64,000 nucleotides of DNA from an uncultured bacterium. GTDB taxonomy: Bacteria > Babelota > Babeliae > Babelales > JABCYS01. The DNA lies in NCBI GenBank assembly GCA_963705705.1, contig CAVPKK010000003.1, positions 64,001 through 128,000 of the forward strand. Reading direction: 5' to 3'. The position numbers and the translations under genes are program-made. The notes under the pieces were generated by a model that did no database searches, was not told the DNA's origin, and saw only the letters and a program-made list of their open reading frames with translations. Of this stretch, positions 20,610 through 30,644 are shown in pieces (position 1 is the first letter of the stretch; each line of letters starts with the position of its first letter).

Positions 20610-21333
20610 AATTGGCTATATGATTTTGGCCTGTTTCGCATTAGCTAGTCCAAGAGTTTTATCCAACTCCCCAAAGGCAAAATCTCCGGCAATTTCTGTA
20701 AAATCAAAAGAGAAGCCGCAGATCCGCATAATACTTTCTGCCGCTCTTCTTGATAGTGAATTTGATGTAAGAAAAGGCCACTATATCAAATCCATCAATG
20801 CATTACGTGAATATGGTTATGAAAATCCATACATTGTTGATTCCGTAAAGCCAAAAGGGCCAACTTTTTTAGATGATTATTCAACTCATGTTCTTTATTC
20901 GCATGTAAATGATGCACGTTTGCTTAATAAGGGCGTAAATGAAGCAAGCTCTTTGATCGCAGCTTTTAAGCACTTTGATTTTAACGATGATGACATGATC
21001 ATTAAAATGACCGGTCGTTATTATTTTGCATCACGAAATTTTTTGGACGCGGTAGAACAGAATCCAAATGTGGATGCGTTCGTCCGCGTAGAGAAAAATG
21101 GGAACATTCTAACTGGTTGTTTTGGCCTGCGATGTAAATATTTCAAAGAGATGCTTGATAGCATAAACTTGGAAAGAATGGAGAAGGATTTAGTTTGTAT
21201 CGAGACGTTAGTTGGAAACTATCTCATACGTGCACGTATGGAGCATGATTTGAGCATTTTGTATTTAGACAAGCTTCATATTGCGGCCAATGTTTGGGGT
21301 TGGGGCAAAAATCATTTTTTCCAATATCAATAG
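20593..21333 (+). CDS. Secreted protein, putative GT-A-like transferase
   Basis: Signal peptide; NKG.NE and IIKMTGRY motifs as in putative GT-like proteins. Confidence 0.45.
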   Translation: MRLIYKIGYMILACFALASPRVLSNSPKAKSPAISVKSKEKPQIRIILSAALLDSEFDVRKGHYIKSINALREYGYENPYIVDSVKPKGPTFLDDYSTHVLYSHVNDARLLNKGVNEASSLIAAFKHFDFNDDDMIIKMTGRYYFASRNFLDAVEQNPNVDAFVRVEKNGNILTGCFGLRCKYFKEMLDSINLERMEKDLVCIETLVGNYLIRARMEHDLSILYLDKLHIAANVWGWGKNHFFQYQ

Positions 21334-21395
21334 TAATAATGAATATATGTTGATGATCAATTGATTTGTAGAACCACTAATACAAGGAAGATTCA

Positions 21396-22268
21396 ATGAA
21401 GAGAAATCTATTACCAATATTATTGATGGTGCCGACATTTATAGCGTGTACTGTTGAAGAGTTTCCTTTCATAAAATTTCATCAGACCCGAGAGACACTT
21501 CTTAAATTAAAAGAAGTCATTGAGAGCAGGGAAAAAGGGGTATATCTACGGTTTGGTGATGGTGATGTCAATCTTGCAAATGGTCAGATCGACATGCAAC
21601 AAAATCCAAGCGAAGCATTAAAAATTGAATTGCAAGCAGCATTTCGCATTCAAGGGCCTAATGTGCTTAAGGCACTGCCAATCATGTGCAAGGAATTTGA
21701 TGCTTTGGAAGAAGGGATGTATCACTTAAATCATGGCGTTGAATATAAAGTTTGTTTAAGCTTTTTGCGTAGAACAAAACCATTGTGGGGCGATGAATTT
21801 ACTGATATTTACTCGCCCGTGGCGATTCACTTCGCAGCGACACAATATCCTGATTTAGCTATAGAGTTTTTAAAGTTTTTAAGGAAATCTCCCTGCTACA
21901 TGTTAGTTGGCAATAAGTTCATCCCTAAGGCGGTGAGGGATATCTTATTCGGTGAAAATTGTATTTTTGTTCCAACACCACCAAAACAGTCCTATAGCGC
22001 CATAGATCAAATCGAACAGGACTGTCTTCCTTATTTGGAAAATTCTAATGAATATAAGATTATTATTACTTCCATGGGCAATGCCGGTCGAGTATTGCAA
22101 AAAAGACTCTGGGAAAAGTTTGATAATATATTTTTATTCGATTTCGGAAGTCTAATGGATGCTTTCTGTGGATGGAATACTCGCGCTTGGATAGGATTGA
22201 CACGGTTTGATGGTCCGGCCTTTCTACGAATGCTGAAAGAAGAACTAAAAGCTGATGGTATCTGTTAG
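21396..22268 (+). CDS. GT-D-fold (DUF1792-like) glycosyltransferase with signal peptide
   Basis: YLRFGDGD, PPKQSY, MGNAGRVL, DFGS. Confidence 0.6.
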   Translation: MKRNLLPILLMVPTFIACTVEEFPFIKFHQTRETLLKLKEVIESREKGVYLRFGDGDVNLANGQIDMQQNPSEALKIELQAAFRIQGPNVLKALPIMCKEFDALEEGMYHLNHGVEYKVCLSFLRRTKPLWGDEFTDIYSPVAIHFAATQYPDLAIEFLKFLRKSPCYMLVGNKFIPKAVRDILFGENCIFVPTPPKQSYSAIDQIEQDCLPYLENSNEYKIIITSMGNAGRVLQKRLWEKFDNIFLFDFGSLMDAFCGWNTRAWIGLTRFDGPAFLRMLKEELKADGIC

Positions 22269-22307
22269 ATAGATGATGTTCGCATTATTGTTAAAAGGGA
22301 TATAGCC

Positions 22308-23108
22308 ATGCCCAAAAAATTGAAACTTATTTTGCTTCTTTCTTTTTTCTCTTCCATTTGCGCGCCAATCTGTGGCAAAGATATTAAGGTACTTGTTTTG
22401 ATCATCGCATCCGATCAATATCCTGTATACATAGGGGAACAAGAAAGATGGCGCTCATACATGCACTATGATCCAGAGCATGTTGAGGCTTATTTCTTAA
22501 AAGATAACCCAGATTTAGCTCATGATGTTGAAATCCAAGACGATATTATATGGTGCAAAACACGTCCAGGATGGTCTGAGCAAGGATATGCCGGCATTTT
22601 AAACAAAACATTAATAGCACTGGAAGCATTAGAGCCAAGATTCAGGGAGTTTGACTATATTCTGCGCACTAACCTTTCTTCGTTTTATATCTTTCCTAGA
22701 TTCTTACAATTCTTAGAAACCCTTCCTCGCACGAAGTGCTATTCTGGCTCAATTGTCCCACATTGTGGGATAGCTTCTGGTTGTGGCTTTATCCTATCGC
22801 CTGATGTGGCAGAACTATTAGTCACAAACAAGGGTAAGATGCTAAATAATGCAAGCCAACCTGATGATGTAATCATGGGATTTTTTATTATGAAGCAATT
22901 GAAGATCAAACCAATTCCCCATGCGAGGGCAGATGTTACGACTATGGCCACATGGAATGATTTTAAAGAATCTATACCAGCGGATACATTTCATTTTAGA
23001 TTGAAAAATGATGATACATCGTTAAGAAGCAGCGACGAGCTTAATATTTATTCCCAGCTAATCAGTAAATTTTATGACCCATTTATTTTAAAGGAAGAAA
23101 ATGAATAA
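22308..23108 (+). CDS. GT31-like galactosyltransferase with signal peptide
   Basis: ILNKT..AL, FDYILRTNLSS, ASGCGFILS.D, DDV..G. Confidence 0.55.
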   Translation: MPKKLKLILLLSFFSSICAPICGKDIKVLVLIIASDQYPVYIGEQERWRSYMHYDPEHVEAYFLKDNPDLAHDVEIQDDIIWCKTRPGWSEQGYAGILNKTLIALEALEPRFREFDYILRTNLSSFYIFPRFLQFLETLPRTKCYSGSIVPHCGIASGCGFILSPDVAELLVTNKGKMLNNASQPDDVIMGFFIMKQLKIKPIPHARADVTTMATWNDFKESIPADTFHFRLKNDDTSLRSSDELNIYSQLISKFYDPFILKEENE

Positions 23109-23787
23109 ATATCTAATTGGTCTAGCAGCCCTACTAAATGTTATTGCCTGTCAGGCAGAAATTGAAGAAAAAAGGCAGCTGGATCAGCTATATCAACGGC
23201 ATTGCAGCACATGGTCCGATATTTGCGAGCATGTATCAGTACTTAGAAACTTGGCAGGAGAATGTGAGTCAGTCATCGAGATTGGCATACGAAGCATGGT
23301 TTCTACCTGGGGCGTATTGAAAGGATTATCCGAAAATAATCAGCCGATGAAACGTTACCTTGGCATAGATTTAAACTACCCGCCAATGGATAAGCTTAAC
23401 GAAGCCAAACGCTTATCGAAAGCCCTTGATATCGACTTCAATTTTTTGCAGGCTGATGATATGACGATTGATATTGAGCCGGTTGATATGCTTTTTATCG
23501 ACTCACTTCATACCTACTGTCATTTAACCTATGAGTTGGAAAAGTTTTCCCCAAAAGTTAAAAAATACATTGCCATGCATGACACCAGTGAGCCATGGGG
23601 AGATCGTGATGATACCGAATATCACGGCAATTATTCCGAATATCCAGCTGAATATAGCCGTACGAAAAGAGGTTTGTGGCCAGCAGTTCAAGACTTTTTG
23701 TTGCGACATCCTGAATGGCAATTGCATGAACGGCGAATGAATAACCATGGCTTTACGATTCTTAAAAGAGTAGTGGCAAACGCCTAA
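23101..23787 (+). CDS. SAM-dependent methyltransferase (Methyltransf_24-like) with signal peptide
   Basis: SDICEH, VIEIG.R..VST, DMLFIDSLHTY, YIAMHDT, NNHGFTIL. Confidence 0.75.
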   Translation: MNKYLIGLAALLNVIACQAEIEEKRQLDQLYQRHCSTWSDICEHVSVLRNLAGECESVIEIGIRSMVSTWGVLKGLSENNQPMKRYLGIDLNYPPMDKLNEAKRLSKALDIDFNFLQADDMTIDIEPVDMLFIDSLHTYCHLTYELEKFSPKVKKYIAMHDTSEPWGDRDDTEYHGNYSEYPAEYSRTKRGLWPAVQDFLLRHPEWQLHERRMNNHGFTILKRVVANA

Positions 23788-23835
23788 GGCTCAGGACGAA
23801 TAGGCCATTTTAAATATCCAGATGAGAACAGCCCA

Positions 23836-25794
23836 ATGTGTGGAATAGCTGGTTTTTTAAATCTCGCTCACAAATCATTTCAAGCGGATGAACGGCTATT
23901 AGATCTGATGCAGCAAAGCATTGCCCATCGCGGGCCAGATGGCTATCGTCATTGGATATCAAAAGATAAGCAGCTTGGGCTTACTCATAGACGATTGAGC
24001 ATTGTAGATTTAACTGAAAACGGTGCGCAGCCAATGGTTACGCGCGATGGCCGTTGGGTTATTTCATACAATGGAGAAATATACAATGCCCCCGAGCTGC
24101 GCCCAGCCCTTGAGCAGTTGGGCTATCGCTATTCTTCTACTTCAGATACCGAAACTATCCTCTATGCATTTGATGCCTGGGGTATTAAAGCACTTGAACG
24201 ATTTGAAGGCATGTTCGCCTTTGCATTATATGATACCCATACCGATGAGCTGTTATTGGTACGTGATCGTATGGGTATTAAGCCTCTTTATTTTTCATTA
24301 CAAGGCGGCATTCTGAGCTTTGCATCGGAAATAAAAGCGCTTTGCACGTTGCCATGGGTGGTAAAAAAGTTAAACCCGCGCGGCTTATACCACTATCTTA
24401 CCTATATGGTTACGCCGGCTCCCATGACCTTGTATGAAGGTATATATAAGCTGCCAGCTGGCTTTTATATGAAAATTGATGCCAAGCGAAATGTTACCTT
24501 CTATGAATGGTACAATCCGCTCACCCCGACCATCATCTACAATCAGAAGGATTTAAACGACGAGCAATTCTGCGTTGATACTATTCGTACAATGCTACGT
24601 CGCTCCATTAAGCAGCAGCTCATGTCTGATGTGCCGTATGGCGTTTTCCTTTCGGGGGGCATCGATTCAAGTCTAAATACCGCTTTAATGTCGGAATGCA
24701 CTGATAAAGTAAAAACATTTAATGTGTCTTTTTCAGACGGGCCTGAGCTGAGCGAAGTGCAATGGGCTCGCAAGGTTGCCAAAGCGTTTAATACCGAACA
24801 TCACGAAATCGAGATTAATGAAAAAGATGCTTTCGATTTTTTTACGAAGATGGTCCATTACCAAGATGAGCCATTGGCCGATTGTGTGTGTATTCCCCTT
24901 TACTATGTAGCAAAATTACTACGAGATAGCGGGGTTGTGGTAGTCCAAATCGGTGAAGGATCCGATGAGCTATTCTGCGGATATAAAACATATGGCTCTT
25001 ATGTAGATGCTCATCGTAGCTATTGGCAGCCGGCGAACAAACTGATTCCACAGTTTGCACGCCCGCTTTTTAAACATCTTGCTACGCCATTGGTTCGAAA
25101 TAACATCTTATATCAAGATCTGATCCAGCGATGGTCTTCTAACCGACATCTATTTTGGACAGGCGCAATGGCTTTTTCGGAAACAGCGAAACAACCATTA
25201 TGGCGCGACCAGGTAGGGATCCCTGTGGTCGATCCGGTTATTGCTCAAATCTATCCCGAACTGAACCAATCCTATGATAGCTATGCCATTGTTGAATATC
25301 ATCTTAAACAATTATACAGGCGAGCCCCACAAGCTGATTTCCTTACCTCGATGATGTATTTGGAGTTTAAGCAGCGACTACCAGAATTACTGCTCATGCG
25401 GGCAGATAAGATGGCTATGGCAACATCAGTCGAAGGTCGTGTGCCATTCTTAGATCATCATTTGGTAGAATTTGCTTTCCAGATTCCAGCTTATTTTAAG
25501 TATAAAAACGGGGAAACAAAATATATTCTTAAGAAAGCATGTGAAGGCATTTTGCCGCATGACGTGATTTACCGGCCAAAGATGGGATTTGCGGCGCCAA
25601 CTAAACGGTGGTTCAAAGAAGGTACCTATTTTAGGAATTATTTTGGCGATTTGTTGGCAACCAAGAGGTCATCGCTGAAAGAATTCATGAATGTGAGTGA
25701 GCTTGAGCGTATGTTTAACACAACGCAAACTGGACAAGACTATTCGGTTCATTTATGGACTATCCAAAATGCTTTAGCAACGGATATATTGTAG
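23836..25794 (+). CDS. asnB: Asparagine synthase-like glutamine amidotransferase (polysaccharide-cluster type)
   Basis: MCGIAG, HRGPD, HRRLSIVD, NGEIYN, LSGGIDSS, GEGSDE, EGRVPFLDH, RPKMGF. Confidence 0.92.
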   Translation: MCGIAGFLNLAHKSFQADERLLDLMQQSIAHRGPDGYRHWISKDKQLGLTHRRLSIVDLTENGAQPMVTRDGRWVISYNGEIYNAPELRPALEQLGYRYSSTSDTETILYAFDAWGIKALERFEGMFAFALYDTHTDELLLVRDRMGIKPLYFSLQGGILSFASEIKALCTLPWVVKKLNPRGLYHYLTYMVTPAPMTLYEGIYKLPAGFYMKIDAKRNVTFYEWYNPLTPTIIYNQKDLNDEQFCVDTIRTMLRRSIKQQLMSDVPYGVFLSGGIDSSLNTALMSECTDKVKTFNVSFSDGPELSEVQWARKVAKAFNTEHHEIEINEKDAFDFFTKMVHYQDEPLADCVCIPLYYVAKLLRDSGVVVVQIGEGSDELFCGYKTYGSYVDAHRSYWQPANKLIPQFARPLFKHLATPLVRNNILYQDLIQRWSSNRHLFWTGAMAFSETAKQPLWRDQVGIPVVDPVIAQIYPELNQSYDSYAIVEYHLKQLYRRAPQADFLTSMMYLEFKQRLPELLLMRADKMAMATSVEGRVPFLDHHLVEFAFQIPAYFKYKNGETKYILKKACEGILPHDVIYRPKMGFAAPTKRWFKEGTYFRNYFGDLLATKRSSLKEFMNVSELERMFNTTQTGQDYSVHLWTIQNALATDIL

Positions 25795-25936
25795 TATTTA
25801 GACCAGTATACAAATTTGACAAGAAGACGTGGCTTGCTACATTTCGGGCTGATTTATATATCATATAATTTACAAAAAAATAATTATTTTATTGCAGGCT
25901 GTGCATTTAATAAGCACGAGAGAATTAAGAGATACA

Positions 25937-26824
25937 ATGAAAAAAACATTAATGGTTGTGGGATTGCTTGTAGGCGCAGTTGGTGCGCAACGATGGTGGG
26001 TTCGCTCGTGCAATGCGCAGGAAAAAGCACGGATTGATAAAATTGAGCATGCTCGGCTTGAGAAGCTATTCCAGGAAGTTTATCAAAGCAATAAGGTTCA
26101 AGATTTAAGCTTGGCCAATTTGGAAAAAGGCACGCTACGCATTCCACGCAAGATACATCAAATTTGGATTGGGCCAAGGCCAGTTCCTGAAAAATTTAAA
26201 TGGATGATAGAAACATGGGCACAGCTGCATCCTGGTTGGGAATATAAGCTTTGGACTAATAAAGACTTAGAAACATTCCCATTGGTTAATAAAGAGGCTT
26301 TTGATTGCGCCACTAACTGGGGCATGAAGGCAGATATTCTTCGTTACGAAATTTTATACAACTATGGCGGTGTGTATGCCGATGTAGATTTTGAATGTAT
26401 AAAATCTTTCGAGCCATTGAACTATGCATATGATTTTTACGCTGGTCTTTTATCACCACACGAGATTGCCAATGGGCTTATAGCCTCTGCACCCGGTTCA
26501 CCTATCTTAGCCGCCGCTATTGAAGGGATAAAGAATAAAGCGCAACAGCTTAAGGAATGTGGTTCAACGGATTCTATGGCAATAATATGCGCTACCGGTC
26601 CGATTTTTTTTACCAATGTGGTTGCTCAATACTACCAAGAACAAGATGAAGCGAGCAGACAGCATATGATAGTTTTGCCCAAGGATTATTTTTATGCGTT
26701 TCCAAGTACTGAAAGCTATTGGACGGGAAAAGTAACACGTGAACGAGTGTTATCGTATGTTAAACCAGAAACTTTTAGCCTTCATTATTGGGCTATGAGC
26801 TGGAATGATGGAACAACTGCTTAA
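25937..26824 (+). CDS. GT32 glycosyltransferase with signal/anchor
   Basis: IPRKIHQIW, KADILRYEILY.YGGVYADVD, TGP, HYW. Confidence 0.85.
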   Translation: MKKTLMVVGLLVGAVGAQRWWVRSCNAQEKARIDKIEHARLEKLFQEVYQSNKVQDLSLANLEKGTLRIPRKIHQIWIGPRPVPEKFKWMIETWAQLHPGWEYKLWTNKDLETFPLVNKEAFDCATNWGMKADILRYEILYNYGGVYADVDFECIKSFEPLNYAYDFYAGLLSPHEIANGLIASAPGSPILAAAIEGIKNKAQQLKECGSTDSMAIICATGPIFFTNVVAQYYQEQDEASRQHMIVLPKDYFYAFPSTESYWTGKVTRERVLSYVKPETFSLHYWAMSWNDGTTA

Positions 26825-27830
26825 CAGGTTTTCGGATATTAACTTCTCCTGGTTGTATGAATGTACCAGGCAAAAGTTCGCCGGCCGATATCACGATGCT
26901 AAAGTCGCCAAGTTTTTCGGCCATAATTGAATAGCTCGATTCTGATCTAATCAAACAATCAAAATTGAGCATTGAGAAAAAGTCTTCTAATACATTCATA
27001 TCATGCCGATTTTCAGTGACCCTGCAATCGAATTGGATCGAAGGGATATTAACTTTACTGATATATCGTTGCACAAGTGCTTGCGGATTTTCATCGTCAG
27101 TAAATAAAAAAACATATAAAGGAACATGGCCAAGCACAGTGGAAAGCTGCTTAATCCGTTCGATATAAAATTCCTCGTAAGGGATTTTATAGGTAAGTAG
27201 CCCCTGGTTCCTATGAAAAACTTCCCTCGGATAGGTATCGAAGCTACCACCTTGCCGTACATGAACGGCGACGGTAATTATATCCTTTGGGGGCGTGATC
27301 AAATTAAGAGCATGTTTTGGTGCAAAGAGCGTGCGCAATGTTTGCTGAAATTCATGGTCAAACCAATCTATGGGGAATGCCTTCCAGTCATTATTATTAC
27401 TTATTTTATATTCAATCGGTGCCTCAGGAAAATAGGGGATTTTGAACAGCAGCTTTTTTGTATCATTTTTTATTTCTGTTTTTACGAGCGTTGACCCGCC
27501 ATAATGTTCAATGACATCATCAAATTCTAATTCACCAATGCGCGCATAGCGCGGCAGGCTATCACTTAAGACGAGTTGATCGCTGTAGGTAAACGGATCA
27601 TATAACAGCTCAAAGTTATTTTTTTGTGCAAAATAAATTGCGTGGGCTAAAGAGACAAGGTTATCGCCAAAGCGACCGCCAGACTTCACTTGAACGACGG
27701 CGTGGCGTTGATTGACGCAACCATTGAAGCGAGCAAGATATATAAGCACAGCCCAGATGCCGGCAATGGTAGCTGTAAAAATAAGTAGTCGACGTATATC
27801 AGTGTGATTGAGGACGCGATTTTTGGACAT
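26793..27830 (-). CDS. GT11-like (alpha-1,2-fucosyltransferase-like) protein with N-terminal anchor
   Basis: GGRFGDNL, VAVHVRQGG, FLFTDD, DFFSM..FDCLIRSESSYS. Confidence 0.6.
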   Translation of the reverse strand: MSKNRVLNHTDIRRLLIFTATIAGIWAVLIYLARFNGCVNQRHAVVQVKSGGRFGDNLVSLAHAIYFAQKNNFELLYDPFTYSDQLVLSDSLPRYARIGELEFDDVIEHYGGSTLVKTEIKNDTKKLLFKIPYFPEAPIEYKISNNNDWKAFPIDWFDHEFQQTLRTLFAPKHALNLITPPKDIITVAVHVRQGGSFDTYPREVFHRNQGLLTYKIPYEEFYIERIKQLSTVLGHVPLYVFLFTDDENPQALVQRYISKVNIPSIQFDCRVTENRHDMNVLEDFFSMLNFDCLIRSESSYSIMAEKLGDFSIVISAGELLPGTFIQPGEVNIRKPVKQLFHHSSS

Positions 27831-27857
27831 AGTGGTTCACGCCCAATAGTAAAAACT

Positions 27858-28703
27858 TTATGTCATCCAGCTCGTTGCCCAGTAATGAATGCCCATTGAT
27901 TCGGGCTGTACATAGGCAAGTACATTTTCGCGTGAAAGTTGGCCTTTCCAAAATTCTTCACGTCTGGTATTAGGCAAGGCATAGAAATAAGGAACCGGGA
28001 AAACCATAATATTTTCTCGATCTTCTTCTTTGGCTGATTGATAGTAGTCGGCGATCACATTAGTAAAGAAAACTGGACCTGTAGCATTAATTACGCCCAT
28101 ATTGTCGCCATTTTTTGGCATTTGCGCTGTTTGAAAATATTGCTTGATAGCACCAATAGCTTTCAATAAAGACGCTGATCCTGGGGCGGCTGCTATAAGT
28201 CCATTGGCAATTTCATGCGGCGACAAAAGACCTGTGTAAAGATCGTATGAATAATTCAGAGAATCAAATGGCTTTATACATTCAAAATCTAGATCAACAT
28301 ACAGTCCCCCGTAATAGTATAAAATTTCATAACGCAAGATGTCAGCCTTCATGCCCCAATTGGTTGCGCCATCGAATGCCGCTCTATTAATAAAGGGGAA
28401 ATCTTTTAAGTCTTCATTAGTCCATAGCTTATATTCCCAATCAGGATGGAATTTTTGCCATGTTTCCATGAGCCACTTAAATTTAGCAGGCAATGGTTTT
28501 GGCCCTATCCATATTTGATGAATTTTAAGAGGGATGCGTAGCTGCTGATCGGCTTTTTCACCAATCGCATGGGTTTTTTTATTTTTTTGATAAATTTCTT
28601 GGAAAAGGGCCGTAAGGCTTGCATGAGTATAAGTAGCTGGCAATACATTGTGTATGCTTGTTAGACAGAAAATCAATCCAAGCGCTAGTAATTTTTTATT
28701 CAT
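27858..28703 (-). CDS. GT32 glycosyltransferase with signal peptide
   Basis: IPLKIHQIW, GGLYVDLD, TGP, HYW; close paralog of 25937-26824. Confidence 0.85.
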   Translation of the reverse strand: MNKKLLALGLIFCLTSIHNVLPATYTHASLTALFQEIYQKNKKTHAIGEKADQQLRIPLKIHQIWIGPKPLPAKFKWLMETWQKFHPDWEYKLWTNEDLKDFPFINRAAFDGATNWGMKADILRYEILYYYGGLYVDLDFECIKPFDSLNYSYDLYTGLLSPHEIANGLIAAAPGSASLLKAIGAIKQYFQTAQMPKNGDNMGVINATGPVFFTNVIADYYQSAKEEDRENIMVFPVPYFYALPNTRREEFWKGQLSRENVLAYVQPESMGIHYWATSWMT

Positions 28704-28735
28704 ATTAAATCTCCTAATAAATTAAGAACTATCCC

Positions 28736-29533
28736 TTAATGCGAATGTTGTTGTTGGTGTTTTACCAGCATAGTTAAAATCTTACTGGCGGTTGCTGGAT
28801 CCTTGCAGCCATGAAACATGTGATATTTAATAGGTGCCATACCTCGATATTCTTCAGGAGTAATCCCTGCAATATATGCTGGTACATACCCATAAAATGG
28901 ATCTGATAATTCTGTGTATCGTGTGGCGCCATGCTTCCAAAGTAAAACGTTTAAAACTTTTTCATCATGTCGAATTGCTAAATGTTGATACTTAATACCT
29001 GTCATAAGCCATTCTTCAATGAAGGGACGACATGACTCAGAAAAGAGTATCTGGTCATTATGCACATATGGCATTGATTTTTTTTCAACGCCTAAAGCTT
29101 GCATCAAATCGGCCTGGTCATCAGGCTGCCCTGGATGAATGGGGCAAATTGGGTACTGTTGAGCTTCTCGGCAAAGTTCAAATAGATCATCTACGCCTGC
29201 ATTTAAAATGAGGTCAGTATCTATATAGATTCCGTAGCGAACACCAGATTTAAGCAATACAAGAGGTTTCCAATGATAGGCAGAAACTTTTGTTAGATCG
29301 ACATCTATTCTTTTTTTAATCAGACAAGGATATTCATCGGTTGAAAATGGTATATCGGCATTAACACCAAAGGCAACTATTGGTCGTGTTGAAAATGCAT
29401 TAACGCTATCAAGTAATACCTTTAAGCAAGGGAAATAATTTGCGGTTGCAAATGCTACAAATCCTTCCTCTATGTCTGGATTTCCGTAGGCAACAGTAAC
29501 GCTCATACATATCATTAAAACAAGCTTTTTCAT
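28736..29533 (-). CDS. GT-A-fold protein (DXD) with signal peptide
   Basis: ANYF..L..LL.S, WKP, YIDTD, HDE.VLN.LLW, FHG; start at MKKLVLMIC. Confidence 0.55.
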   Translation of the reverse strand: MKKLVLMICMSVTVAYGNPDIEEGFVAFATANYFPCLKVLLDSVNAFSTRPIVAFGVNADIPFSTDEYPCLIKKRIDVDLTKVSAYHWKPLVLLKSGVRYGIYIDTDLILNAGVDDLFELCREAQQYPICPIHPGQPDDQADLMQALGVEKKSMPYVHNDQILFSESCRPFIEEWLMTGIKYQHLAIRHDEKVLNVLLWKHGATRYTELSDPFYGYVPAYIAGITPEEYRGMAPIKYHMFHGCKDPATASKILTMLVKHQQQHSH

Positions 29534-29645
29534 TATTCTCCATGCGCTAAACGTAAACATGATTCAAGCTGTCAATTTGAGAATCACACTATAGGCATTT
29601 TGCAAAACATATTCAAGTACATTTTTTTAAATTGACTTTGACGCT

Positions 29646-29654
29646 TGGTATAAT
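29646..29654 (+). promoter_or_regulatory. Extended -10 promoter element
   Basis: TGGTATAAT 37 nt upstream of the 29692 start in a divergent intergenic region. Confidence 0.4.
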
Positions 29655-29691
29655 AGATTAAGGCGCTGTTCTAGGCAGTTAAGGAAGGATA

Positions 29692-30600
29692 ATGATAAAA
29701 AAAATACTATTGCTTGTTTGGCTTTGCATCTCTTCCACCGTTGCATTCGCAATCACCGATATTCTTATCTATTCCAAGGATCGACCAATGCAATTATATG
29801 CATTGTTGGAATCTATTGAGCAACGTGTGTGTGGTTGCGGCAAGATTACAGTTATTTATCATACGAGTAGATCAGCATATGACGATGGCTATAACATTGC
29901 GAGAAACGATTTTCCATGCGCGGCTTTTGTAAAGCAGGGTACAAAGCCGGCAAAGGATTTCATGCCACTCACGCTAAAAACAATTTTTGGATCATCTGCT
30001 GCGTACATTATGTTTGCGGTTGACGATGATATTGTTGTTGATGAGATTAATTTACAGCAAATCTCTGAGCTTCTTGATGAGAATCAGGATGTGTATGGTT
30101 TTTATTTGAAAATGGGATTAAATCTTAATTATTGCTATACCCTTGATCAACCGCAGCCGTTGCCTGTGTTAGAAAAACTATTGCAAAATGATGATGTATA
30201 CCGATGGCGTTTTAAGGGATCAACGTATGACTGGGACTATCCGTTAACGCTTGATATGACTGTGTATCGCAAAAGCGATGTTTATAATGCATTCCAAACA
30301 CTAGGCTGGCTCACGGGGAATAATGCGCCTCGCAACCCTAATTCGTTAGAAGGAAGCTGGCATGAGCGATGGTCGTCTCATGTGAATCATCTATATGGCC
30401 TCTGCTTTGGCATATCAAAAATTATTAATGTTCCAGCTAACTTAGTTCAGGACGGAATTAATAGGCATGAAAATTCATTTAGCCCAGCCGAGCTTTTGAA
30501 TACATTTTTGGCAGGTTACAAAATCAATATTCGACCGTTGTATAAATATTGTAGTCATGACGCGCATGAGCCAATTAAGTATGAATTCATAATTCGCTAA
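29692..30600 (+). CDS. GT2-like GT-A protein with signal peptide
   Basis: SKDRPMQL..LL.SI, FAVDDD, WDYP...D; signal MIKKILLLVWLCISSTVAFA. Confidence 0.55.
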   Translation: MIKKILLLVWLCISSTVAFAITDILIYSKDRPMQLYALLESIEQRVCGCGKITVIYHTSRSAYDDGYNIARNDFPCAAFVKQGTKPAKDFMPLTLKTIFGSSAAYIMFAVDDDIVVDEINLQQISELLDENQDVYGFYLKMGLNLNYCYTLDQPQPLPVLEKLLQNDDVYRWRFKGSTYDWDYPLTLDMTVYRKSDVYNAFQTLGWLTGNNAPRNPNSLEGSWHERWSSHVNHLYGLCFGISKIINVPANLVQDGINRHENSFSPAELLNTFLAGYKINIRPLYKYCSHDAHEPIKYEFIIR

Positions 30601-30644
30601 ATACCAAAACGCCTAAAATAATTTGGATTTTTTAAGGAGTTACT

